Of a DNA stretch of 64,000 bases, positions 23,590 through 37,129 are shown one piece after another. The stretch spans positions 52,452,001 through 52,516,000 of the forward strand of contig OX597829.1 of assembly GCA_951406725.2 (NCBI GenBank). Reading direction: 5' to 3'. The DNA is from Octopus vulgaris (taxonomy: Eukaryota). The notes under the pieces are model-generated. The model was not told the origin of the DNA. It saw nothing but the letters and a program-made list of their open reading frames with translations, and did no database searches. The position numbers were made by a program, and so were the translations under genes. Within the stretch, counting starts at the first letter, position 1, and every line of letters starts with the position of its first letter.

Positions 23590-23700
23590 AGTGTCCTTTG
23601 TATCCCCAACACATCAAGTTTGAACCTAGTTTCTTGACAACCATGACATTCCACAGCCTATCCTCACTGTTGTCCATTGATGTCTTTAGCAGTGTCCCCA
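23590..23700 (-). pseudogene. Possible LINE AP-endonuclease N-terminal fragment
   Basis: WNV...RFKLDVLGIQ resembles the WNVR...LD.LGIQE motif. Confidence 0.35.
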
Positions 23701-24238
23701 CTCTGTCACAAGCATCTGGGTCATGTCTATAGTTTGAAGTCAACCTGGTATCTTGAAATACTCTATTCTATTGTACCTTTATTGTGTAATGCCTTGTTTG
23801 TTTAATAGTACAAGTAGATGGATGTTGTTCATCAGTGGAAGCTCACTGCTAGATACAACAGGAATATGTTCCCATGAGTAACATTTCAGAATACTGAGCT
23901 ATTTGTTGGTATGACAACCCACAATCATTAACTTCCAGTAGTTGTACTATTTACATGGATTCCATCAACCCAGGGGGTTGTAGTTTTTTTTCCCCTTTCT
24001 TTCAACACTTTCAGATCACTATGAAGGTTGCATGCTGTCTTTTCTCTTTTAAGCAACCTATAGAAAATTTTTTTAAAAACCAAATGCTTCTTTTATGTAG
24101 TTTATTTTTCTGAAATATCCACTTAAAGAAAGCATTTAAGAAAAAAATCAATGAATTACTCATGTCTTCTCTCTATACCAAATTTAATTTTTTTCCTTCC
24201 CATTCAAATCTCCTAATATAAATAATGAGTGTAGTGTT

Positions 24239-24270
<32 letters not shown>

Positions 24271-25860
24271 TTGTCCAGAATCATGCTGGACATGGAGGAG
24301 GAGAGAAAATAGTAATTCAGTGAAGGAGAAGTAGTGAGAGTATTAGCCCTGACTGAGAGGGAATGAGAGAAAGGAAGGAGTGATAGATGAATAAGGAAGG
24401 GTCGAAAAAAAAATCAGCATTTCGATTCTGTGTGAGTGTATAAAATACAACAATTAGCCGTCCTTATTGACGGCATGTGGTCAGCTAGTATTTTTAATGA
24501 TACCTTTACCTGCAAGTGTTAATTATTCCATTTGACATAAAGCATTTGTAAGTTAAGTGTTAAAGGGTTAACAGAAATGTGTGTGTGTATGTGTGAAGTG
24601 CTTTGCATTAACTATAAACATGATTGAATGATAGTTTCTCTTTTTCTTTTCGTTCTAGCAATTATATAGTGATCTGAGATTTAAATAATACAAATGTACT
24701 TTGAGCTGCATATTAAATATTTATATAAGGCCAAAGAAGGCAGGAATAGCCTTTTATCTTTTACTCTGCTATTGTCAAAACCTGTATATCAAGAAGTGTG
24801 AATTTGGTTTAATGGGAGAAGGCATGAAGTTAAGAACTCTGAGTGAATGACGTTGGAAATTCTAAAAATCCTTTTGAATTTGTTTCATGAATGCTATTCT
24901 GTACCACTGTTTAATTTATACAACTAAGCAGCTGAGGGTTCTCGGCTTATGACACCTTTTATAAGTATTTGGCATATGGATCACAAGGTTGCAATTGAAA
25001 TAGTTTCTAAAGGTAGAAATACTCTTAATATAGTGTGTTTGTGTGTGAGAATATGTGCGTGTGTGTGTTAATTAGTCATTGCTGTTACATTGCCAATATT
25101 TTTATATTAATTATTTAATTATCAGTTATTTAATTTTGTGAATTGCTTGAAAGAGTCAATGTTTTAATGGAAACTTCAAAACTGTGCTGACAGTGAATTG
25201 CTTTTGTAATTATTTCATATTAGAATACTTTTTATACAAAAGAGTAATTTGTTGTGGCAGTATGGAACAATTATTGAAATCTCAGGAATTGTTTAACTAT
25301 CGTAGTAATGAATTTCTGTGTTATTTATTTTAATAACAATTTAGGAAATTAATTATGTCAAAGAATTCTTTGAACAGTCCAATCCACAGATATACTATAT
25401 TTGGTTTATATTTATTGTTGGCTTCATATTTTTTTTTATGGATAGTTTCAGATGCCAAATGACCTTTTTTTGCTGGCCATTATTCATATTCTGCAACAAA
25501 AACTTGTGTTGGTGCCAGTTTGATTCTGAGTCTCAGGTCAAAATGTCCTCGTGCGTGGCAAAATACCAGTCTTCCATTACAACTGTTTTGGATTAGGTTG
25601 TAGCAGGTTTATATTGTTATTTTTAAATACTCATGAAGGTTTTGTTTCATTCAATGTCTTAAAGCAGTGGCTCTTAATTTTTTTGACATTTGATATTCTG
25701 GAGATCAAATAAATAAATCACTAGTGTATTTCATAAGGAAAGTTCAAAGGAAAAAAAAAACAAAAAAAAACTATTCAAGGCCGAAACATATAACAGAATA
25801 TAGAAATCTGTTGCTTTTCTTATTTTATTAATCATACAAAGTTTTAAAGATATTTAAACA

Positions 25861-26115
25861 TTAACCCTTTTATTACCATATTTCTGTTGAAATACACTGG
25901 CTTTGTTCAATAAATTTTGAAAATAATGAAGAATTCAAAATAACTGATGTTTGGATCATAAATTAACACAAAATTTTGATGTAAGGTTTTAATTTAGATC
26001 ACTTTAACACCTTTGTTACCATATTTCTGTTGAAATTCACTGACTTTGTTTCAATTAATGTTGAAAATAAGGAAAAATTTAAGAATTTTGTCATTATTAA
26101 ATTGGAGTTTGGACA
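25861..26115 (-). mobile_element. Two adjacent partial family D MITEs
   Basis: ttaacccttttattaccatatttctgttgaaat repeated at ~26004 as ttaacacctttgttaccatatttctgttgaaat. Confidence 0.65.
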
Positions 26116-26391
26116 AGGGGATAAATATCAGATAGATGTATAGAGGCCTATATTTGAATAATGTACACTCTTTGGGCATATACATTCTATTTTACATATA
26201 AAATAAAGGCTCCAAAAAAGTGTTACTCAAATAACCCTTTTGTTTGGACATTTATTGACCACAAAACTATGTAGATTTTAATCTTCATTTGCATGGATTT
26301 TGAATTCAACGATAATCTTTTTGTGTTTGTTTTATATTTGGTGTGGATCTAATGAGTTTATTATTTTTAAAAATTTAATTATTTACTTCTT

Positions 26392-26648
26392 CTAACCCTT
26401 CACCTGTCTCGTGTATCACATATGATACACCCCACCCCCCACTGGACATATTTTTCCTGACATCCATGCATCATATATTTTGCACATTACCAACTCTTTT
26501 TAGTGACTGCCAAAGTAATTTGGGAACTTATGAAAGGAAAGCTTTATGTTACTCAGAATGTATGAAACAAGGGCTAAAAGACTGCTGAAAACAACCATGG
26601 ACATTTAGGACAAATTTCCAAAAATTCTTTAGACAGGCAGAGGGTTAA
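26392..26648. mobile_element. Third TTAA-type MITE (single copy in this window)
   Basis: ctaacccttcacctgtct / agacaggcagagggttaa imperfect TIRs. Confidence 0.6.
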
Positions 26649-27373
26649 TTTTGATTTATTGTACAAGCAAGTTTAAAAAAAAAAAAAAACAAGGTCTGCT
26701 CTGAGTTTTTTCTTTTATTATATTAAAAACTATATTGGAATTGAGTCAAATATATAATGGAAAATGTGTGCATATACCAACTGTTAAGGGTAATGGAAAA
26801 TGGCAAATATAGATGTGTGATTATATGAAGCAGCTGTTAAAGTAGAACAACAGATAGACAATACTTGTGTTCATTCAACTGAAAACTTCCCATTTAGAAT
26901 AGGAGACTGAAATTTGTATAGCAACTCTCGTTAGTTTTCTGTTATTATGGATATGAATGAAATTATTTCCCAGCTTAGCAGAGTAATTATACATCTAGTA
27001 AGATCACACGGATAGGTGTAGTCAATTTTGACTGTTGTTATCAGCAACATAGTCACCACTTAAATGTGAGATCGTGACAGTTCTGTTTCTGTTGGTATAG
27101 AGTTCTATTATTAATTATTTCTGTTATGCTTGTTAGCTAATTTATGCGTGACCAAAATAAAAATTGAACAAACGCTTGTATGGACACAAAAAAATAGGTG
27201 ACAGGCTGGAAGAAAGATATTTGTTTGAAGAGTAAAATAACAACAGACGCCATCCATATGGAAAACAATGTACAATTGTTAACATATTTAATGCAAGGAG
27301 CATTAGAAGTTCCACTCGCTGTGTGTTCATAAAAAAAATTTTAGTGATTAATACAAGTCCCCAGGCAAGTATG

Positions 27374-27430
27374 AGGCCAGCTACAGACAGGTTTTGGTTT
27401 TATTCTGACCTCATCAGCAAAGCATGGCCT
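27374..27430 (-). ncRNA. Degenerate type I hammerhead motif
   Basis: Reverse complement: aggcca-t-gctttg-CTGATGA-ggt-cagaataaa-acc-AAAAC-ct-GTC-tgtagc-tggcct. Extended stem I (aggcca/tggcct), stem II ggt/acc; GAAA reads AAAA, as expected from CpG decay of cgaaa. Confidence 0.58.
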
Positions 27431-27566
27431 TTAAATGCTAAAGGGTTAAAGAAGGTTTGAGGTAGGATATAAAGAGGTAATAATAAAGTAAAAAGAACAT
27501 ATTAAATTGATAATCATTAGGTAACATATCTCTTGCTAGGCAGTTAGGTTTTAGATTGCACGTATA

Positions 27567-27943
27567 GGCGCAGGAGTGGCTGTGTGGTAAGTAGCTTGCT
27601 AACCAACCACATGGTTGCGGGTTCAGTCCCACTGCGTGGCATCTTGGGCCTTGTGAGTGGATTTGGTAGACAGAAACTGAAAGAAGCCTGTCGTATATAT
27701 GTATATATATATATATGTATGTGTGTTTGTGTGTGTGTGTGTTTGTCCCCCTAGCATTGCTTGATGACCGATGCTGGTGTGTTTATGTCCCCGTTACTTA
27801 GCGGTTCGGCAAAAGAGACCGATAGAATAAGTACTGGGCTTACAAAGAATAAGTCCCAGGGTCGATTTGCTCGACTAAAGGCGGTGCTCCAGCATGGCCG
27901 CAGTCAAATTACTGAAACAAGTAAAAGAGAAAGAGAAAAAGAG
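27567..27943 (+). mobile_element. SINE family B, young, with an internal deletion in the CORE region
   Basis: Close to 8858-9287 but ttgggc joins directly to cttgtgagtgg. Confidence 0.88.
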
Positions 27944-29927
27944 TATAATTAATAGTAGATTCATGAAAATCGAGTGCAATCGTTTTAGAATCTTCAGACG
28001 ATGATAAGGTTTGAGCAATGTTTGATGTTGTAGAACAAACAGATTTTAAGTTTTTTAATTAAACATTTTTATAATACTTGTGCTGTGTGTACATGTATGT
28101 ATGAGGAATAATTGAGCAACTTAAAAAAGATTTAGCTGCTGGATAGCTAGGTTGAATGAAATTATTTCTTTGAAAAATTGTGCTAGATATTCGGTGTAAG
28201 TGATCTTAAAACTACTTCTAGACAGAACTGTATTATAGTACTGGGAAGACTCTTATCAACAGAAAGTTTAGATAATCTCAGAGAAATCCTTCTGACTAAA
28301 TTATTATATTCCTTGGGTGATTGGAATGTTTGTGTTTGTACTTCTAGAATAAATTTAGTTTATGGTTAAGATAGTACTATGAGTTGGTTAAATCTCAAGT
28401 GATATTCAAAAAGTTGGTTTTGGTTAGTCTGGTTTCTATGGTAATCAGTAATCGTTCTTGAAGATGTAGTTTTTTTTCTTTCTGATTTTGAAGTTTGAGG
28501 CTTATGATTATGCAAAATAAAGGCCATCATCTCTATATAGTTCTCTTTTTGCAAGTAGTATAATAAATACATGCTAATATCAAGACTTTAAGCAGAATCA
28601 TTGGCTCTTAGGCTGACATTGAATAGAATGTTTTGAATATTTTTTTCAATCCATATAGAATTGTTATATTTGGAAATGGTTTTTCTGTGCTTATAAAACC
28701 TTTTCAGAGTTTGTGATATTAGATAATCAGTTTTGTGAAAAAATTAATTAATCAAAAGAAGTTAGGCAATTGACGAGCAACAATCTTTTATACCAAATAG
28801 TCATGATTGAATACCATTCTTATCTGGGATTAATTTGAACAACTTAATTACTGTCATGATATAATTCTATGAAATTTAGGGTGATATATCACTAATTTTA
28901 GTGATAATTTTCCAGATTACTTAATCCCTCAGTTTATTTTAGTGAGGTTGATGCAATGCATGGAAAGCTTATGAACAAAGTAAGTTTTATGGTCTTTCAG
29001 AGTCAATTAGGCCTGAATGGTTTAGATCTGTCTTGCAATGGAGGATAATCTCATTAAGGGTTTTCTAATTTTGTCTGTTTGAAAATATTAGTGAAGGACT
29101 TTGACACCAACACTTAACACTGACTTGTCTAGTTCATATGTGTCCTACATTTTATTATTTTGGATATTTTTCAGTTTTTTTTTTATATATTTGAAAACTT
29201 AGCTATTTATGTAGTTTAGCCATATTATGGGATAATTTGAAATTTAGTGGTTTCTATTAAAGAGGAAAAAATTTCCCTTTTCAAACAATCTTTTGTTTTA
29301 ATTCCATATTTGAAACTTGTTTTGGTTATCTTTTTGTTTGTCAAAGAAATATGTTTATTTACTACTTGTGATCTTTTATTGAAATTTTCTCTTTTGGATT
29401 GTGACACTTATGCTAGATTTTCATGCATGGAATAACATTTTGTTGTTGATGGTTAAATCTATTTTCTGTTTCTGTATTTTAAGTTTGTGGTTTCAGGGTT
29501 CAAATGAAAGGAGTGTTAATTTGAATGTTGTAAGTCCCAATGGAAAATTTAACATTTTCAAACAAAAGGTAGTTGAAAGGAAATGTTTAAATACTTTAGG
29601 TTGCAATCTGTTTCATTCCAAAATGCATTTTTGAAGATTTAAAATGACAGCGAAGAATTATAAATAAAAGCTAGTATGGAGAAATATTGAGGGGAGAGAT
29701 AACATATGGATGATGGAATGTGTAACAAAGTAAAAGATATACAGAAAATGGTTAAATGGAAGGGAGAACAAGATAAAGATGTGTATAAAAGATGGGTCTG
29801 AAATTTAATTAAACAAGAGGGCCCCTCTCTCTGTATGACAAACCTATGAACAACTTTGATTAGTCTCAGTATTTAAATTGTTATATTCATACTGCTAATG
29901 AATGTAATATGCAAAAAAAAAAAAAAA

Positions 29928-30124
29928 GTGAAATGCGGTATTTCGTCTGCCACTATGTTCTGAGTTCAAATTCCACCGAGGTCAACTTTGCCTTTCATCC
30001 TTTCGGGGTCGATTAAAGAAGTACTAGTTAAGCACTGGGGTCGATATAATCGACTTAATCCCTTTGTCTGTCCTTGTTTGTCTCCTCTGTGTTTAGTCCC
30101 TTGTGGGCAGTAAAGAGATAAGAA
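29928..30124 (+). mobile_element. SINE family A (5'-truncated)
   Basis: gtatttcgtctgcc...gggtcgatataatcgacttaatcc...cccttgtgggcagtaaag. Confidence 0.85.
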
Positions 30125-31003
30125 ATGCTCATAAGTAGCTCTAAACTGTTTCCTCTTTCTGTAGGGTGAACTCAGCAAGACACTCTTGCAAATGATTGGC
30201 AATTGCTTGTTGAAACTAGTTGGGTTGTTCTAAGGTTCATCTTTCAGAGAGAGAGAGAGAAAGCTTTGTTGTTTATACACATCTATTTACACAATGAAGT
30301 CGAACATATGTACTTATTCACAGTTTATTTGTGTACACACAGCATTTCAGTTATTTCAAGCAATGACTGACCCAAGATTTAAATCACTCAGTTGATAAAG
30401 TCTATTTATTCAAGAAAAACCAACCTAGACCACTCAGCAGAAATGTATTTACCTGAATATCGTATAATCGTAATAACCCTAGTATACCAATATAGCCCTG
30501 GGTGTGTGCTGAATGAAATTAAACAATTAAGTTGAATTTCTTTTATTTATTTCTCTACCTACTGTCTGACAGATCTTGCTGGTCATCTCAAGAAATGGAT
30601 CTCCCCACCCCCCCCAGCTTTTTTTTTTTTTTTTTTTTTGCAGTAAAAATATTTTAAGATCCTTGAAGTCTGCTAAAAGAGGCTATGGGTTATTTTACTT
30701 ATACAAATTGTTATTAAAACCAAATACGATTATGTGATATGTACTGTTGTATACATTGCAAAAGGTTATCTCTTGTATATTGGTTTTCCATGACACTTGA
30801 GGTTTATTCTTCTGCTAACATACTAACATTAGAGTTAATGTCAAAGTGTTGCTTTTATTTATCATTTCTGATTGATGTGAGGAATTTCGTTGCTGTGGAA
30901 AAAAAAAAAGATCTGTTTGCAATTGAAGTTTAACAACTAACTATAAAGCAATTGTAAATCATTTTGAAATGTTTTCATTTCGAAGCATTTTACTATTTTA
31001 TTG

Positions 31004-31043
<40 letters not shown>

Positions 31044-31267
31044 CTGTTTGCTTTGTAACAAAAAATGTATATTGAATGCAAATTGTTTGCTATGGCATAC
31101 ATACATTTACAAATACCACAGCAAACATGTATGTGCAAAAACACTGCATGTGTGTGTTTTTTGTGTATTTATGTGTATGTATATACACACACACATGCGC
31201 AAGAATAATTTCAATACCCCAAAGCAGAGTGTTGGCATTTATTTGAGTGTTGCTTTCCCATTTAATT

Positions 31268-31305
31268 TCACCTGATGAAGCAGAAATGTGAAACTCGAGT
31301 AGTGA
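31268..31305 (+). ncRNA. Minimal type I hammerhead ribozyme motif (solo copy)
   Basis: tcac-CTGATGA-a-gc-agaaat-gt-GAAAC-tcga-GTA-gtga: stem I tcac/gtga, 2-bp stem II, palindromic stem III actcgagt; followed by a T-rich tract. Confidence 0.72.
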
Positions 31306-34079
31306 CTGACTCACCTTGGGTTTCAATGAATTTTTTTCCACTCTATTTCACTGTGTTGAGTTGTTTGTATTTTTTTTTGTTTTTCTTTTTGCTTTATTAT
31401 ACACACACAGGCATGTGTGCAAATGATTTGTTCAATATCTATCTTTCTTATTTTTGTGTTAGGAAATATCTATTTGTATAGGTAGTAGCTATATTAATAA
31501 TTTCCATGTGTTGAAACGGTGATATATTTTTAAAGTTCTATATTTGGTTTCAAAGTTTACGAAGAAAAAAAAAATATTTGGTCAGTCTAATCCATTTTGC
31601 AATATTTTCCAGTGTGTTTCCTTCTTTGAGTATTTTGGACGAAAATTTTGCATAGGGCCTTGAACAGCAATTGTTTGACTCCTAGTCATGCGTTCCATTG
31701 AGTGCTAAAGATATTTATTTAACTGTTTGATATTGTATGTGATTTTGATATCATTCAGTTTACTGTGTTCATAGGTGAATTAAACTTCTCAACTGCTGCA
31801 GACATCTGGAAAATTTTCGACACTCATATCCAGGCAGGTAGAAATTTTGCATGAAATAACCTTTTATCACTATTTTCTGGTTGCGAACTGTTTCTTTTAT
31901 TTTTGAAAATAGATCAAGGGATGTGATTTTTAAATCCGCTTCTTACTATTAAATACTCCCAACAGTTCCCCCCCCCCACTACTAACGACAGAATTATTTT
32001 TGAAAGTCTAAAACGAATTTTGTTCCTGAAGAAAGACCATTTACAATGTTTCATCACATCCTTATCCTAGATTGCTGCCTGAACACTTTTTGATGCTTAT
32101 TAATTGGTCCTATTTTCGGTAATAGACACATTAAGAATTCTTTTCTGTGAGAGCATGAATATAAATTAAATGGAACATATAAAATAAATGGAAAATATCT
32201 TCTTAACATAGAAAAAAAAAACACAAAGTATATTAATATAAAAAGGAACTCTGCTGAATTTGACGATTCTTTCAAAAGAAAATTGAAAAATTTGACTCAT
32301 TTGAATGGAAGCATGCAAGATACATACCGTAACTTTAACGATATTTCCATTTGTTTTTCATTTCTAATACCTTAAGGCTAAATTATTTTCAATGAGTTGC
32401 TTCCAACTTCTCCGAAATGAATTCTCTATAAATGCTTATTTCACCGAATGTAAACAATCCTAATTTTGTTATTTTTTGCTCTTTCTTTTCGTTTGGATTA
32501 ATCACACATACACACACACACACACACAAAAAAAAAGAGTTTGTATTTGAGAGTGAATTTTTGCAGCATCTATGAAAAATACATAAAATATTTATTTCAT
32601 TATAAAAAAAAAAATTGTTTTGATATGATTTGTGGGGCAGGGTTCATTTGTTCATGGAAGCAAGTGTTTCATGGCCAGGTACTTAAAGAAAGAAAAATAA
32701 GAAATGTAATATACCGTATCTCAGAATTGAACAAGTATTCGTCGTGTATCTTATCCATATTATGTGTTTTGTTTATTGTTTAAAATAAACTGGAAGAAGC
32801 AAGGAATTATTGCTAGACTAAGCTGAAATTTAAATGTTCACTTTCCTGAGCCATTGAAGAGGAGAAGGATAAAGTGTTTTGATTTGCAAGATGGTATGTG
32901 AGTATGAATTGAGAGGATATATTGAGGAAATAAACTGCATCTGAAATTGTATGGTGTGGTGTGCTTGTCTTTGCTGAAAACAATTAGAAATTAATTAATT
33001 GAGAAATCTTTGAGTAAGAACAGAACTTTGTTTTAGTTGGGTGAAAGAAATCCATGCATTAGTAAATGTGTTGAAGGGAGATTTAGGAAAAAGTAGTTAA
33101 ATCATACTTGAGATGAGAGCAGGGTGGAAATCATCACCAGTAATATGACCCATATATAGTATAGAGACCCTTGAACATGTACCCATATTGTCGTAGAAGT
33201 TAGTAAGTGTGCATACATTGTGGATACGAATACTCGGTGTGCCTGCTGTACATTGAATCTCTATGAATCATTTAGCAGGTTGCAGCAATTGTTCTTTTAT
33301 CAAAGAGCAGAGGTCTGTTCGTACAGGGTTTATAGATCAGCTTTTATTAGTCTTGGCTGTCTATGTACAAAATATGTATAAACAACAGAGTAAAGCAGTT
33401 GATAGTGGGGTACTGGCAGAAAGTGGTTTCAAATGATATTGGCTCTTCCTCACCATATGCTGGCTTTGTAATGTAGCTCTAAAGAGAGTTCACACTTCTG
33501 ACAAATAGCATTTCTTGTTTGAAAACTATTGCATTTCATTGAGAGAAAAAATATGCTGCAATCCATCAGTTAATCTGTTGTGAAAGCTTGAAAATAAATA
33601 TATATATATATATCTATGAGCTTTCTGGGCCTTTCCTGAGAAAATGTCTCTCTGGGAGTCAGCCCATATATAGGAGGTGGGGTGAGAAATTTTTCAACAA
33701 TTCTTACATATTAGCTATCTGCCTCATCAACAGCGTGAACATATTTTAACAGGTCTGTATTGTGTGTAATTTATAGCACTATCCATAAACTGCACGTCTG
33801 TATTATTGAGCTCATACAAATACTTGTTCCTTTAAAACATAGTTGCAGAGATGTCCTAACTAATATATTATAGTTATTATCAAGAGCACAGACTGAAATA
33901 TCAGGAATTTAAGGACTAAAGAAGCTATCCAGATTAGTAAACTAAATTCATCTATTAACAATTGGCATGAACTGAGCTAATTGGCTGCATTAACACTTTC
34001 GGCTAGTGTGTTCCACAGCTTTCATCTAATATTAGCATTAGAAAAAAAAAACAAGTTGTTTCATTATCTAAATCTAGAT

Positions 34080-34388
34080 CAGTGGTTCTTAACTGGGTCC
34101 ATATGGTTTTTGGGGACCCATTTTTAAAATTTTGTTAAAATTTATTTTCTACAATAAATTAGTTACACTTCTATGATACACAAAATATTTTAGCAATTTT
34201 TTTAATGATTTCTAATAATATTTAATAATAAAAATATTTAATTATAAATATATATATTATAAATTTAATTTAATTATAAAAATATTAATATAAGATTCTT
34301 TGAAACATTGAATGGCTAAGAGGGTCTATCTTAGAAAAATAGGAATCAAAAGGTTCCATAGGTAAAAAAAAATGGTTAAGAAACACTG
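34080..34388. mobile_element. hAT (Charlie-like) MITE with 8-bp TSD
   Basis: TIR cagtggttcttaac / gttaagaaacactg; TSD atctagat at 34072-34079 and 34389-34396. Confidence 0.9.
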
Positions 34389-34587
34389 ATCTAGATGGAG
34401 CTTGTCCTTTCCTTTCTGTTTTATTTTTGTTTGTTTTTTTTGGCACTGTGTTTTAAATTTGAAATATTGATGTACAAGATAAAAATATAAATTGGTGTTA
34501 TTATTTTGCTTTGGTTTTGCTTCTGTCTACACTACTTTATTTCTACACACCTTCAACATGCACATACAAACACACACATATATACTA

Positions 34588-34628
<41 letters not shown>

Positions 34629-35242
34629 GTGTGGTAATTAACCATACATAGATCTAAGAAAAAGACACATCTTAATTTATCTAATCATAACATTTATTCA
34701 TTTATAGCAAGGCTATAATTAGCTTGCTATAAATTGTGGTTGACCACAAGGAATTGAATGTAAAGCGACAAACACAGAGCAAGAATGGAATGAGTGTGTT
34801 TGCTACACAAGGAAAAAATTCTGATTTATTGAGCCATTGAAAATATCTCCAGAGTACATACTATTGAGAAAGATATGGAATTGAATTAAAATACTTGAGT
34901 GTTGTATGTGGTAACCAGACACACCTAACATTCATAAGGTGCGTTTTAAATTGTCTAATTGTGGCATTTATTCATTGAGTGTTTTCAGCTAATTATAAAT
35001 TAGTTGGCCAGCATCTATATGAAAAAAACCCCCAAAAAAACAAAAGGAATGACTCACGAACATGCATATCCACTCCACCACACCACACATGTGCACACAG
35101 TGGAAACTACTTCTTGGGATCATTTTGGAACAGTTGTTTCATTAGTAACTGGTTGATAACATTAAGTAAATAGTTTAGGGCTCACAAATTTTAACAACAA
35201 CCTGTTCATTATCTACGATTATAAGTGACTGCAAATGTTTAT

Positions 35243-35284
<42 letters not shown>

Positions 35285-35297
35285 ATGTATGTGTGTA

Positions 35298-35413
35298 CTT
35301 ATTCCCAACTACATGGTTCCAGGTTCAGTCCCATTGTTTGACACCTTGGGCAAGTGAACTTTACTCTAGCCTTGGGCCAACCAAAGCCTTGTGAGTGGAC
35401 CGAAAGAAGACTC

Positions 35414-35446
<33 letters not shown>

Positions 35447-35670
35447 GTGTTTGTGTTTGTTTGTCTGTCTGTGTTTGTCCTCCACCACCGCTTGACAACC
35501 GGTGTTGATGTGTATTTGCATCTCTGTAACTTAACAGTTTGGCAAAAGAGATTGATGGAATAAGTACCAGGCTTAGAAAGCACTGGGGTCAGTCACTTTG
35601 ACTAAAATTCCTCGGAGCAGTGCCCCAGCCTGACCACAGTCTAATGGCTGAAGCAAGTAAAAGCTAGAAG
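35298..35670 (+). mobile_element. SINE family B
   Basis: ggttcagtccc...ccttgggcaagtg...gcttgacaaccgg...aagtaaaag. Confidence 0.8.
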
Positions 35671-35770
35671 ACACACACACACACACACACACATACCAGT
35701 GTCATTTTCTTACAACTGTGACTCAGTGTCAAGACAATGAAACTAACACAAACACATACTCACTTATTAT

Positions 35771-36114
35771 CCTGCTAGCTGGCCCTGCGCCATCAAAAAC
35801 GACAGCTAATTGTAGTATTTTATATATAAATATGAATGGCCATTCAAATTAATACACTTGTCAATGTTGTCTTTTGAGATGTGACATTGATCATCGTTTG
35901 TTACTGAAAGAACACTGGTTCACACATACAAACGTTCACATACTTCCCTTGTACACACACACGCATACACCCACAGAGTTGAAACACCGCCTTTTTTTAC
36001 CGTAGAATTTCCATCATCTCACTATCAGCTTTCCTTCCTTATTCATCTATCACCCCTTCCTTTCTCATTTATATATGTTGTGACGCAGAAAAACACGAGT
36101 ATTATTATAGTAGA
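35771..36114 (+). mobile_element. Possible non-autonomous Helitron-like element
   Basis: Starts gctagctggccctgcgcc and ends tattattatagtagat; end motifs only, no second copy in the window. Confidence 0.35.
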
Positions 36115-36134
36115 TGGTGCTTATTATATTTTTT

Positions 36135-36275
36135 TTAGTTTCCACCTGCCAAATCCACACACATAGTTTTGGTCTGCCTGGGCCATAGCAGGAAGCACTC
36201 ACCCAAAGAACCACATATAGTATTGAACCTGAAACCTTGTGGTTGGGAAGCAAAATTCTGGCCATATGACCATGC
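36135..36275 (-). mobile_element. SINE family B head fragment
   Basis: agtttccacctgccaaatccac...ttgaacctgaaaccttgtggttgggaagc. Confidence 0.6.
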
Positions 36276-36367
36276 TTGAGTGAATGTAACATTTCATTGT
36301 GAATATATTTACTGCTAATTACTCAATGAGGCAGGATTGCTTAAAATGGAATATCTTTGATCTTAGG

Positions 36368-36370
<3 letters not shown>

Positions 36371-36402
<32 letters not shown>

Positions 36403-36573
36403 CTCACTCACCCTTTCTCTCTCTCTCACACTCACTCACCCTTTCTCTCTCTCTCACACTCACTCACTCTTTCTCTCTCTCACACTCACTCTTTCTCTCT
36501 CTCTCACACTCACTCACCCTTTCTCTCTCACACTCACTCACTCACCCTTTCCCCCCTCTCTCACACACACACA
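36371..36573. repeat. CT/CACT-derived minisatellite
   Basis: Repeated cacactcactcaccctttctctct units. Confidence 0.85.
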
Positions 36574-37129
36574 TTGAATAATGTAGTTCTGAATAAAAGA
36601 TGGGATAGCCATTTCTGGAATGTCCTTCATCATGGTTTTGCTCACTCAGGACTGGTCTAGGGCTACACCACTGTGACAACAATAAAAAAAAAGTTGATCT
36701 CATCCTATTCTAAATACACACTCTGAACTTTTTGCACAACACTTATTTACAAACCTTGTTCGTCTCATAACCTTTTTCTGCTACAAACAAACAAACAACC
36801 TGGACACAACACACACTCCTTCCATTTCCTTTCAATGATAATAATGACTCATAAAAACGACACATTATTCTAGCTTCTAGTATTAAGAGACAAGTATTCT
36901 CTGCAATCATTTAACTTCTTCGATCCTCTAGGTAAATAGGCATGAAATGAAATTAGATATTTTGTGTCGAGAATATTATGTCACTCCTTCTGAAATAGGC
37001 CTCACAAATAATGCAATTTTGTTTTTCTATCAAAATGTATTGCATGTACATACAAAAAATAGTGGCCTGTCGGAATACCTTATTTCTTAAGATATACCAA
37101 TTCTCATATTGTAATTTATATATGTAATA

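Noticed and set aside
24949-25012. ATG-initiated 21-codon stretch ending at AAAG|gtagaa
   Set aside because: Weak donor, no homology, and phase 1 does not fit the FHA exon structure.
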